Shown here: positions 40,887 through 49,467 of the stretch, piece after piece | Layout of the letters: every line of letters begins with the position of its first letter | Position numbering within the stretch: the first letter of the stretch is position 1 | Origin: Ostreococcus lucimarinus | Lineage: Eukaryota | Direction: 5' to 3' (one strand) | Assembly: GCA_000092065.1 (NCBI GenBank) | Contig: CP000600.1 | Length of the DNA: 64,000 bases | Translations under genes and position numbers: made by a program | Notes under the pieces: generated by a model | What the model was told of the DNA's origin: nothing | Seen by the model: the letters and a program-made list of their open reading frames with translations, nothing else | Database searches by the model: none

Positions 40887-41429
40887 TCAGTAACACTTTC
40901 CGCCCTCCGTCGGAATCGCGTTCGGCACGTATCCAAAGTGTAAAACCTGGTTCGCGAGCACTCCCAATCCGATCAACGCCACCAAGAACGAGATACCTTC
41001 CGCGCCACCGAGCACGCCTCCCGGGCCCGCCGGAAGCCCCGAGCCCGTCTTAATCTTCTTCGCCGTCGCCGCGACGACGAACGCCGTCACCACGAGATAA
41101 GAAACGCCCTCCAACGCGCCGAGGCTTCCGCCGGGCCCCGGCGGCAGCCCGCACCCGGTGTTGTACAGCACCCAGAGCGACCAGGACGTCACGCCGTTGG
41201 CGACGAGCCCGACCGCGCCCGCGATCGCTTGCGCGTCACCCGAAAGCAAACCACTCATCGTTTCGTCGCCGTCCACCGACTTTAAATCGTTCACCAGGTC
41301 CGCCTCGAAGAATCCTTTCTCGTCCTTCTTCGGCGCCGCGCGCGCGAGAACGCGCGCGCGTCCGTTCCGCGGCGCCGCGCGCGCGGCGACGCGCGCGCGC
41401 GGTCGCGCGGTCGCTCTCAAAGTCAACAT
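40887..41429 (-). CDS. Small predicted thylakoid/plastid membrane protein with an internally duplicated Gly-rich TM motif (unassigned family)
   Basis: First ATG at 41429 (aa 182 of ORF 40887..41972). MLTLRATARPRARVAARAAPRNGRARVLARAAP (transit-like)...VGLVANGVTSWSLWVLYNTGCGLPPGPGGSLGALEGVSYLVVTAFVVAATAKKIKTGSGLPAGPGGVLGGAEGISFLVALIGLGVLANQVLHFGYVPNAIPTEGGKCY. Two copies of GLPxGPGGxLGxxEG(V/I)S(Y/F)LV, each followed by a hydrophobic helix. Confidence 0.5.
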   Translation of the reverse strand: MLTLRATARPRARVAARAAPRNGRARVLARAAPKKDEKGFFEADLVNDLKSVDGDETMSGLLSGDAQAIAGAVGLVANGVTSWSLWVLYNTGCGLPPGPGGSLGALEGVSYLVVTAFVVAATAKKIKTGSGLPAGPGGVLGGAEGISFLVALIGLGVLANQVLHFGYVPNAIPTEGGKCY

Positions 41430-41472
41430 GTGTGCCTCTCGAGTCGCGCAGTGACGCCAAACGGCGTCGCTC

Positions 41473-43089
41473 ATGCGCGTCTGCGCCGCGTGCGAGCTCC
41501 GCTTTCGCGCGTGCGTCGACCGCGACGCGTACGTCGAGGCGTGCGACGCCGAGACGGCGCCGATCGAGCGATCGGGCGACGCGAACGAGGCGTCGAGCGC
41601 GTCGAGCGCGTGTTCGGTGTGCCTGGGCATCTTACAAATCGCCGTCTCTCGCGCGCCGCGCGCGTCGAACGAGCGCGCGCGCGATGAAAGACCGAAAACC
41701 ATATTAGACATCGCGTCCGTCGACGCGTTCGCGACGCGCGCGGTCGCGCGTGGACACAGACCGGGGTCGTTTAAGCTTAACGTGATTTTACCGGCGGCGG
41801 TGCTCGCGCGCGAGAGAGCGACGCTTTTATCGCGCGCGATCGATCCCGCGACGACGCGCGTGACGCCGATCGACGATGCGTTGCGAATCATCGTCGCGCC
41901 GACGCTCACGGAGGCGCTCGGGTGCGAGGAGAACGCGAACGGGGCTGAGTACGCGCTGACGGCGAAGTACAAGTACGGCGACGACCAACGCGAGACGGAA
42001 TTTCTATCCGCGGTGAAGCTTCAGTTGAGCGCGAAAGAGCGAGAGGCGAGGCATAAGCGAGGAAAGAAGGGATGGGATAAGCAGCGATGGCAGGGGAAGC
42101 GCAAGCGAGGTGGTGGAGGTGGGAAGAAGGATGACTTTCTCGCGAAGCTGAGTTCGCCAGAGGATCCGTTCGCGGACGAATTCGAGACGGCGACGAGGGC
42201 GTACGAAGACGCGGCGCGGCGTCTCGCCGACGCGCGATTCAACGAGAGCGATGCATTCATGGAGGCTTTCGAGCTGACCGCACCGCGGTATCGCGTGCGG
42301 TGCGTGCTGGAAGCGTTTCACGCGCCCGTGCACGTCGGCGGTTGGTACGTCAAGCTCGATCGCGGCGTGCCCCAGTCGCAGTGGATCTCTCGCGAGACTG
42401 GCGCGCGAATAGGGCGCGGAAGCGTGGTCGAGGCGATCGAACGAGTGGTTCTGAAGGGACTAGGATCGAATGGGGCGAAATTCAACAGTTCTGGTCGCGA
42501 AGACATGGACGTGCGCATGCTGAGCGACGGACGTCCGTTCGCGTTGCAGGTGCACGACCCCAAGACGCCGCTCGCGAGCGCGGAGAACGTGGCCGCCATG
42601 GAGCGCGAAATCAACGCACAGTCCGATATCACGGGCGTGCGCGTTCGCGGTCTGTGCTTCACGACGAAGGAAAACTATCACGCGGTCGGGATGAGCTCAG
42701 AAGAACACGAAAAAGAAAAGAGTTACGTCGCCATCGTGCGCGTCTCGCGCGAGGCGACGCCCGAGGACCACGAAAAGATCGCCTCGACGTCGCGCTTGGT
42801 CGTGCAGCAATCCACCCCCACGCGCGTCGCGCACAGACGCGCGGACTTGGTGCGTCCGAGGACGATCGTCAGCATGTCCTCCGAGCCCATCCCTGGATCT
42901 CCAGACTCCTTCATCCTGCGTCTTCGCACGCAAGCGGGCACGTACGTCAAAGAGTTCGTGCACGGCGACGCCGGGCGCACCGCCCCCAGTCTGGGCGACT
43001 TACTCGGCTGCAGGGCCGAGATCATTCAACTCGACGTCATCGCGATCAACGACGACTGGAATCCCAGCGGCGCTCCTCGCGTCGCCTAG
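41473..43089 (+). CDS. PUS10: tRNA pseudouridine synthase Pus10
   Basis: ATG at 41473. N-terminal Zn ribbon CAACELRFRAC...CSVCLG. Catalytic region GREDMDVRMLSDGRPFALQVHDPKTP and SFILRLRTQAGTYVKEFVHGDAGRTAPSLGDLLGCRAEIIQLDV, the Pus10 hallmark Y.KEF.HGD.GRT.PS. Confidence 0.75.
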   Translation: MRVCAACELRFRACVDRDAYVEACDAETAPIERSGDANEASSASSACSVCLGILQIAVSRAPRASNERARDERPKTILDIASVDAFATRAVARGHRPGSFKLNVILPAAVLARERATLLSRAIDPATTRVTPIDDALRIIVAPTLTEALGCEENANGAEYALTAKYKYGDDQRETEFLSAVKLQLSAKEREARHKRGKKGWDKQRWQGKRKRGGGGGKKDDFLAKLSSPEDPFADEFETATRAYEDAARRLADARFNESDAFMEAFELTAPRYRVRCVLEAFHAPVHVGGWYVKLDRGVPQSQWISRETGARIGRGSVVEAIERVVLKGLGSNGAKFNSSGREDMDVRMLSDGRPFALQVHDPKTPLASAENVAAMEREINAQSDITGVRVRGLCFTTKENYHAVGMSSEEHEKEKSYVAIVRVSREATPEDHEKIASTSRLVVQQSTPTRVAHRRADLVRPRTIVSMSSEPIPGSPDSFILRLRTQAGTYVKEFVHGDAGRTAPSLGDLLGCRAEIIQLDVIAINDDWNPSGAPRVA

Positions 43090-43132
43090 AATAGCGTTGT
43101 AGAACGCCGCAGAGCGCGACGCGAGCGACGCC

Positions 43133-44131
43133 ATGCGTCGTCCGCGCGTGCTCTTTTGCGGTCTAGAATTCGAAGACGGCTACGCCCACACGCGCGCGTA
43201 CGTCGACGACAACGATCTCGACGTGGACGTCGCGCGATGCGCGCGCGAGGACGTCGCGCGCGAGATCTCGCGCTGCGATGTCGCCGTTCCGCTCATGACG
43301 AAACTCGACGCCGAGCTGTTGAAAATCGGCGCCGCCGGCGCGCTGACGCACGTCCTGCAGTTCGGCGTCGGGTTAGAGGGCGTGGACATCGAGTGCGCGA
43401 CCGCGCTGGGCGTCACCGTGGCGCGGATCCCTTCGGAGAAGACGGGGAACGCGACGAGCACGGCGGAGCTCGCGGTGTACTTGGTCCTGGCGGCGCTGCG
43501 ACGTCACGACGCCATGTCGGCGAGCGTGCGGAGTCGTAAACTCGGCGCGCCGACGGGGAACGCGCTGAGCGAGTGCGAGGTGATGATACTGGGATGGGGG
43601 GCGATCGGGGTGAAGATTGCGGCGCGATTGCGCGGATTTGAGTGCGCGTTGACGGCGGCGCGTAAATCAAAGTGGGCCGAGGACGAGAGCGATCGATGTG
43701 GGATACCGTTGCGAGCGGTGTGCGGGACGAGCGACCGGGATGGATTGCGTGCGCTGTTGCGCGCGGCGGACGTGGTGTGCGTCGCGTGCACGCAAGATCC
43801 GTCGAACGCCGGGATGATCGACGACGAGTTTTTGGCGGCGATGAAGCCGGGCGCGGCGTTGGTGAACATCGCGAGAGGGGGCTTGTTCGATCGCGACGCC
43901 GTGTTGAAAAGCTTGAAAAGTGGGCATTTGGGTTATTTAGCGAGCGATGTGGCGTGGAGTGAACCTGTCGATCCCGAGGATCCGATCGTTCGGCACGAGC
44001 ACACGTACTTCACGCCTCACATCGCCGGAGTGACGCACTCGAGCTATAGAATGATGGGGGAAATAGTCGCGACTAGCGCGTCTCGCTTGGTCGAGTTTAG
44101 GAAATTAACCGATATACAGGTTGTGAATTAA
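43133..44131 (+). CDS. D-isomer-specific 2-hydroxyacid dehydrogenase family protein (glyoxylate/hydroxypyruvate-reductase-like)
   Basis: ATG at 43133. NAD-binding ILGWGAIGVKIAARLRGFEC. Catalytic region MKPGAALVNIARGGLFDRDAVLKSLKSGHLGYLASDVAWSEPV...HEHTYFTPHIAGVT (Arg/Glu/His triad context). Confidence 0.75.
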   Translation: MRRPRVLFCGLEFEDGYAHTRAYVDDNDLDVDVARCAREDVAREISRCDVAVPLMTKLDAELLKIGAAGALTHVLQFGVGLEGVDIECATALGVTVARIPSEKTGNATSTAELAVYLVLAALRRHDAMSASVRSRKLGAPTGNALSECEVMILGWGAIGVKIAARLRGFECALTAARKSKWAEDESDRCGIPLRAVCGTSDRDGLRALLRAADVVCVACTQDPSNAGMIDDEFLAAMKPGAALVNIARGGLFDRDAVLKSLKSGHLGYLASDVAWSEPVDPEDPIVRHEHTYFTPHIAGVTHSSYRMMGEIVATSASRLVEFRKLTDIQVVN

Positions 44132-44158
44132 AACAACGTTCTATCTACAGCGTGGTTT

Positions 44159-46177
44159 CTACTCCTCCCCGAGCGCGCTTCGGTGCAGCGCCTGAACCGA
44201 CGCTGGCATGATGCCTCCCCGCTTCCCGACCAAAAATCCTTGTCCGCCGACCGCCGCGTTGACACCGGCGTCTTTGTACTTCACCCTCCCCTTTTCTTTT
44301 TTACCTTTCTTTTGATACTTGTGCTCAGCGCGTTGTCGCTCTTTGGTTCTGCCCGTTTGGATTCCGAGCGTCGCCATCATGTCATCCAAAACCGCGGCGG
44401 CGAGCGGGTCGTCAGGCACGCCGTCATCGTTTTTCGACTCATTGCGAGCGCTAGGCTCGATCGCACCGGCGCCGTACCCGGCGACCGCATCTTCGCCCAC
44501 GCGCGACGCCCCGAGCGGGCCGTCGTAGCCATCTGGGGCGACGCAATACAGCAGCTTTCCGCTGATGTAATCCTTGAGCACGGCGCGACCGGCGCGAACT
44601 TCGTCCGGTCTATTGCCTTGAACGGTGTACCCGCGCGCAGCGCAGTACGCCCGCAGGAATTCGCGAGCGGTTGCGTTTCTCCCTTGGTCTTCATGGAGCG
44701 CGGGTAATGGAAGCGTCAAGTTGTACACGTGTTCGATGGTGGACCTCGGAATACGTTCGGCGATGATTTCGATCGGCTTGGTGACATCCGTGAGACGATC
44801 GACGGGTATGACGCCGTTACACACCAAATGCGCCTTTGACGTTGAGAATGTCGGAAACACGAGACCTGGGCAGTCGGCCAGAAGCAAATCGTCGCCGAGC
44901 TCGAGGGTTTGAAAGTGCTTCGTTTTACCGGGCGTGGCGCTCACGCCCGTCTTCTTCGACGCCACGATGGCGTTCACCGTGCTCGACTTGCCGACGTTCG
45001 GGTAACCCACCATACCGACCACGACACGGTTCGCTTGTGGGCCTTTACGTTTCACTCGAGTCGAACCCATGGCCTCCACCGCCGCTTCCGCGCGCTTTTG
45101 TAGAATGTCTAAGAGCTCGGCGCGGGACCAAATGTGCGCTGGATCGGCGGCGTCGGCGCTATCGAATTGCATCTGATGGAGCGTCTCAGCGTGCGCATCC
45201 GCGGCTTCACGCGCAGCTTCCGCCTTCGCGCTAAGTTCCGCGGCGAGCTCCATGGCGTCATCGTCGATCTCGTCACCCGCGTGAAGGGTCAATCGCCTGT
45301 TTGTCTCCTCGAGCTCCTTCGCCGTCTGCGCCGCCTTGGCGGCGATTTGTTCAGCCTCAATCTCCTCGTACGCCGCCTTAGCGGACCAAAACAAGAATGA
45401 AATCCCTTTGGCGTTGAAATACTCCGCCCACGCCCGGCGAAGTTCTTTACTGAGTAAATCCGCCTTGTTCAACAGCAGCATCGTCGCCTTGCCCGGATTC
45501 AGCTCCTTGACGTACGCCTCCAAATCCTCGCATCTATAAAACAACGGATCTCGCGCGTCCACCACTTGCACGACGACGTCCGATCGCTCGCACACTCGCC
45601 ACAACTGTCGCCAAATCTCCAAGTTCTTCTCGAACGGCGTCAGCGAGCACCTCGAATCTTCCTCGACCGCCGCCAGCGCGCGCCGCCACTCCAAAAACCC
45701 GCGCCGTTCGTTTTCATCCACCTCCTCCGCTCGCATCTCGTGCGTCCACGCCGGTCGTCTCGGCACGCTCAGCGCGTCTTTATGTAGCGTTTCCGCCTCC
45801 CCCCGCGCTCGCGCGCGCGCCGCCGCATCCTCCATCGCCGTCTCGTTCGTCGCGCCGCCGCCGTCTCGTCCGTCGTCGCCCCCCGCCACCACCGCCGCCC
45901 GCTCCCGTCCGCGCGCCGTCGTGAAGTCTCGATTCGCCAGCGACGCCAGGTGAAAGAATTCATCCAGCTCGCTCCGCTCGAGCACCGATCCGCTGCCGTC
46001 CGCGCGATTTATGTCCGTCGTTCGCGAGTAGTTCATGAAATCGCCCGCCGTGGACTCGTGCGCGCCGTACGCCGTCTGTCCCGCGCCCGGCGCCTCGCCG
46101 CGGCGCTTGGACCTCGCGAGCGATCCTCCGAGCGCGCCCTGCCTGGGCGCGCGCCCGCCGTCGCGCGCGCCGCCCAT
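44159..46177 (-). CDS. LSG1: Large-subunit GTPase 1 (LSG1), a circularly permuted YlqF/YawG-type GTPase
   Basis: First ATG at 46177 (MGGARDGGRAPRQ...; aa 63 of the ORF). DVVVQVVDARDPLFYRCEDLEAYVKELNPGKATMLLLNKADLL...VVGMVGYPNVGKSSTVNAIVASKKTGVSATPGKTKHFQTLELGDDLLLADCPGLVFP. Its stop (44159) is only 27 nt from the stop of the convergent dehydrogenase gene (44131). Confidence 0.85.
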   Translation of the reverse strand: MGGARDGGRAPRQGALGGSLARSKRRGEAPGAGQTAYGAHESTAGDFMNYSRTTDINRADGSGSVLERSELDEFFHLASLANRDFTTARGRERAAVVAGGDDGRDGGGATNETAMEDAAARARARGEAETLHKDALSVPRRPAWTHEMRAEEVDENERRGFLEWRRALAAVEEDSRCSLTPFEKNLEIWRQLWRVCERSDVVVQVVDARDPLFYRCEDLEAYVKELNPGKATMLLLNKADLLSKELRRAWAEYFNAKGISFLFWSAKAAYEEIEAEQIAAKAAQTAKELEETNRRLTLHAGDEIDDDAMELAAELSAKAEAAREAADAHAETLHQMQFDSADAADPAHIWSRAELLDILQKRAEAAVEAMGSTRVKRKGPQANRVVVGMVGYPNVGKSSTVNAIVASKKTGVSATPGKTKHFQTLELGDDLLLADCPGLVFPTFSTSKAHLVCNGVIPVDRLTDVTKPIEIIAERIPRSTIEHVYNLTLPLPALHEDQGRNATAREFLRAYCAARGYTVQGNRPDEVRAGRAVLKDYISGKLLYCVAPDGYDGPLGASRVGEDAVAGYGAGAIEPSARNESKNDDGVPDDPLAAAVLDDMMATLGIQTGRTKERQRAEHKYQKKGKKEKGRVKYKDAGVNAAVGGQGFLVGKRGGIMPASVQALHRSALGEE

Positions 46178-46337
46178 GCTCGCGTTCGGCGACGCGGCGA
46201 TGTGGCGGCGGCGCCGCACTTCCGCGCGCGACGACGCGACCGCGCGACGCGACCGCGCGCGCGAACGCGCACGACCCGCGAGCTCACGAACGCGCGCGCG
46301 CGAGGACGACGCGCGACGCGCGCGAGTCCGAGGCGAG

Positions 46338-46857
46338 ATGGCGACCAAGGTGCAGCGCATCATGACCCAGCCGATCGTGCGTTTCGACGCGACGCGACGA
46401 CGCGCGCGACGACGCGACCGCGACGCGACCGCGACGCGCGACGCGACCGCGCCTCGACGCGACCGCGACGCGCGCCTCGACGCGAGCGCGACGTCGACGG
46501 GACGCGCGCGGACGCGAATTCGAGAATTCCTCTAGGGTAGCCGCGCCGCGCGTCGACGCGAATCGAACGAAATCGAGCCGACGCGACGGACCGAACGACT
46601 GACGACGGCGCGATGACGCGTCGCGCGGACAGAATTTGATCTTTCGGTTCCTGCAGACCAAGGCTCGGGTGCAGATTTGGATGTACGAGAATCCGGACAC
46701 GTGCGTCGAGGGACGAATCGTCGGCTTCGACGAGTACATGAACTTGGTGTTGGACGACGCGGAGGAGGTGACGGAGAAGAAGTCGCGTCGCGTCGGCGTG
46801 GGGAGGATTTTGTTGAAGGGGGATAACATCACGTTGATGCGAAACGTGAGCAAGTGA
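46338..46857 (+). CDS. SNRPE: Small nuclear ribonucleoprotein Sm E, 2 exons: join(46338..46376,46633..46857)
   Basis: Exon 1: [13 protein letters not shown] (donor gtgcgt at 46377). The 256-nt intron ends gaacgactgacgacggcgcgatgacgcgtcgcgcggacag. Exon 2: [74 protein letters not shown]; compare human Sm[75 protein letters not shown]. Confidence 0.8.
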
Positions 46858-46999
46858 GCGCGCGCGCGCGCGACGCGGATGTAGCTTTGTTAATCGTAAA
46901 ATCACCGTAGGAAGGATTCGCCGGGCGCGGCGGACGCGCCGCGACGCCACACGACGACGCGCGTCTCGCGTCGCGTCGATCGCGTGGATTCGCGCGAAC

Positions 47000-49411
47000 A
47001 TGACGACGCCCTCGACGTCGCGGCACGCGCGCGAGCCGTCGATGTCGTCCACAGACGCGTTCGAGCACCAAAACTTTAACGCCGTGGATTTCATCAATCG
47101 AGTGCTCCCGGACGAACGCGCGCTCGCGGGCGTCGATAAGATGATCGCGAAGCTCCGCGCGCGCGTGAAACTGGTGGACGCGGAAATATTGGGCGCGCTG
47201 CGAGCGCAACACGGGAGCGAAGCGCGAGCGAGGGACGATTTCGAGGTGATCGTGAGCGGGATCGACGCGCTCGCGGAACGCGCGACGGAGACGGAGAGAA
47301 AGGCGGCGGCGACGGAGGCGAACGTGCGAGAGATATGCGCGGATATAGTGCGATTAGATAGGGCGAAGAATCACTTGACGAATTCCATCACGACGCTGCG
47401 ACGGTTGTCGATGTTCGTGAGCGGGATGGAACAGTTGGAGTTGTTCGCGTTGCGGAGGCAGTACGGGGACGCGGCGAATTTGTTGCAGGCGGCGTCGCAG
47501 TTGGCGACGCACTTCGAGGGGTACTCGCAGATTCCGAAGATTGCGGAGTTGCAGGAAAAGTATCGCGGGGTGAAGAATCAGTTGCGCGCGGCGGTGTTTG
47601 ATGATTTTCACACGACGTGGCTGCCGCACGTGATGGACGGCGACGCCGCGGCGCAGAAGAAATTACGCGACGCGTGCCTCGTCGTGAACGCGCTCGAACC
47701 GAGCGTGCGCGAAGAGTTAGTCGGCAACCTCACAAACAGAGAGCTGACCAACTACGCGTCAGTTTTCAGCGCGCACGAGAGTGGAGATTTCCTCGGTCGC
47801 ATCGCGAGACGGTATGATTGGATCACGCGACAGTTACAATCGAAGGAGTCCATGTGGGCGGTATTTCCAGCGCATTGGCGCGTGCCACAACTTTTAAGCG
47901 TGTCTCTTTGCAAGCTCACGCGCGCACAACTCGCGGAGGCGCTTGATGCCCGCGGGCCGCACGACGTACAAAAGCTCTTGCACGCGATGCACGTCACCAT
48001 AGAATTTGAGATGGAGTTAGACGAGCGTTTCGGCACTGGCGCGGGTGTGGAAGACGACGAGCTCGAAGGTGACAGTGCGTCGGCTTCGATGCTCCGGCAG
48101 AAACTCGAGCGCGCTGAGCGCGAGAAACAGACAGAAAACTTGCGCGGAGGGCGCGTCCTGCCCATGGATTCGGCCGCGGAAGCCGCGGCGACGTTCATGT
48201 TTCGGGGGAGCGTTGGATCGTGCTTCGAAGATCATCTCGCCGATTACGTCGCACTCGAGCGACGTCAATTATTTGAGCAGATCAACGAAAGTATTCGAAA
48301 CGAAACTTGGCAGGGTGACGAAACAAACCCACGAATTTTGGCGAGCGCGACGAGCGTGTTTTTGAACATAAAGAAAGTGTTCAAGCGATGCTCCAATTTG
48401 ACGCGCGGTAAGACGCTCTTCGCCGTGCACCAGGTGTTCGTACAAGTTCTCATCGCGTACGCCAAGGCTTTGAACGAACGCATCGACGTCGCAGCGTTGA
48501 ACGCGACGGACGCTCGCCGTCCCGAGGCGCAGCGAGCGGCGGAAATCAAGTGCATATGTCTCATCGTCAATACGGCTGAGTATTGCAACGAAACCGTCGG
48601 TCCACTCGGTGATTCTATGGTCAAATCGTTGGAAGACAATTTCAAGGAGAAAGTCGACATGATGGACGTCGAAGATGCGTTCAGCACGACACTGTCTGAG
48701 GCACTGAACAAACTCATCGGCGTGGTGGAGGCGAAATCAAACCTCGTCTCTGGGATGCTTCGCGTGAACTGGGGCGCGCTCGACGTCGTCGGCGACCAGA
48801 GCGAGTACGTAGACACGTTCGAACGCGCTATTGCGCACGCGATGCCTGTGCTTCGCGCTTCAGTGAGCGACATCCATCACACATTCTTTTGCGAGAAACT
48901 GGCGTCGTCAATCGCGCCGAAATTGTACATCGCAGTGTTCAAGTGCAAGCGCTTTTCGGAAATCGGCGGTCAGCAACTTTTGCTCGACATGCACGCGGTG
49001 AAAGCAATTTTACTGTCCTTGCCCGCCATAGCCGCTGCCGGTACGGACGTCACCGCCGAACCATCGGCGCCGCCGATGAGTTACGCGAAGATGATCGCTC
49101 GCGAGATGGGCAAAGTCGAAGCGCTCGTGAAAACTATCCTCTCCCCGAACGACGGATTGGCGGAAACGTTCAAAGCCCTCCTTCCCATGACAGCCAACGC
49201 CACGGATTTCAAAGCTATTTGCCTGCTCAAGGGCATGAAACCAAACGAAATCTCCGAGCCCCCGTTCGGGCTCTTCGCCTCGGTCGGCGCTCCCGCCAGC
49301 TCCAAGCCGCTCGAGGATTTACCCAACGTCCCGAACAGACCCAAGGCGCCGCGCATGGACAACGTCACCGCAAAAATGTCTGGCATGTTCAAGCAGGGCA
49401 CCAAACAATAG
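47000..49411 (+). CDS. VPS53: GARP complex subunit VPS53
   Basis: ATG at 47000. N-terminal region FNAVDFINRVLPDERALAGVDKMIAKLRARVKLVDAEI...ICADIVRLDRAKNHLTNSITTLRRLSMFVSGMEQLELFALRRQYGDAANLLQAASQLATHFEGYSQIPKIAELQEK; compare human VPS53 DYFINSLFPTEQSLANIDTVIATLR.R....[61 protein letters not shown]..IPQI. Confidence 0.8.
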   Translation: MTTPSTSRHAREPSMSSTDAFEHQNFNAVDFINRVLPDERALAGVDKMIAKLRARVKLVDAEILGALRAQHGSEARARDDFEVIVSGIDALAERATETERKAAATEANVREICADIVRLDRAKNHLTNSITTLRRLSMFVSGMEQLELFALRRQYGDAANLLQAASQLATHFEGYSQIPKIAELQEKYRGVKNQLRAAVFDDFHTTWLPHVMDGDAAAQKKLRDACLVVNALEPSVREELVGNLTNRELTNYASVFSAHESGDFLGRIARRYDWITRQLQSKESMWAVFPAHWRVPQLLSVSLCKLTRAQLAEALDARGPHDVQKLLHAMHVTIEFEMELDERFGTGAGVEDDELEGDSASASMLRQKLERAEREKQTENLRGGRVLPMDSAAEAAATFMFRGSVGSCFEDHLADYVALERRQLFEQINESIRNETWQGDETNPRILASATSVFLNIKKVFKRCSNLTRGKTLFAVHQVFVQVLIAYAKALNERIDVAALNATDARRPEAQRAAEIKCICLIVNTAEYCNETVGPLGDSMVKSLEDNFKEKVDMMDVEDAFSTTLSEALNKLIGVVEAKSNLVSGMLRVNWGALDVVGDQSEYVDTFERAIAHAMPVLRASVSDIHHTFFCEKLASSIAPKLYIAVFKCKRFSEIGGQQLLLDMHAVKAILLSLPAIAAAGTDVTAEPSAPPMSYAKMIAREMGKVEALVKTILSPNDGLAETFKALLPMTANATDFKAICLLKGMKPNEISEPPFGLFASVGAPASSKPLEDLPNVPNRPKAPRMDNVTAKMSGMFKQGTKQ

Positions 49412-49467
49412 CTCGACCGTTCCTTAGCCGTCTGTACGCCGACGACTGCCCCAACCGTCGCCACACC

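Noticed and set aside
40887-41429. Assignment of the small membrane protein to PsbY on the basis of a WVLYN pentapeptide.
   Set aside because: Only five residues match. The second repeat lacks the motif, and the Gly/Pro-rich loops are not PsbY-like.
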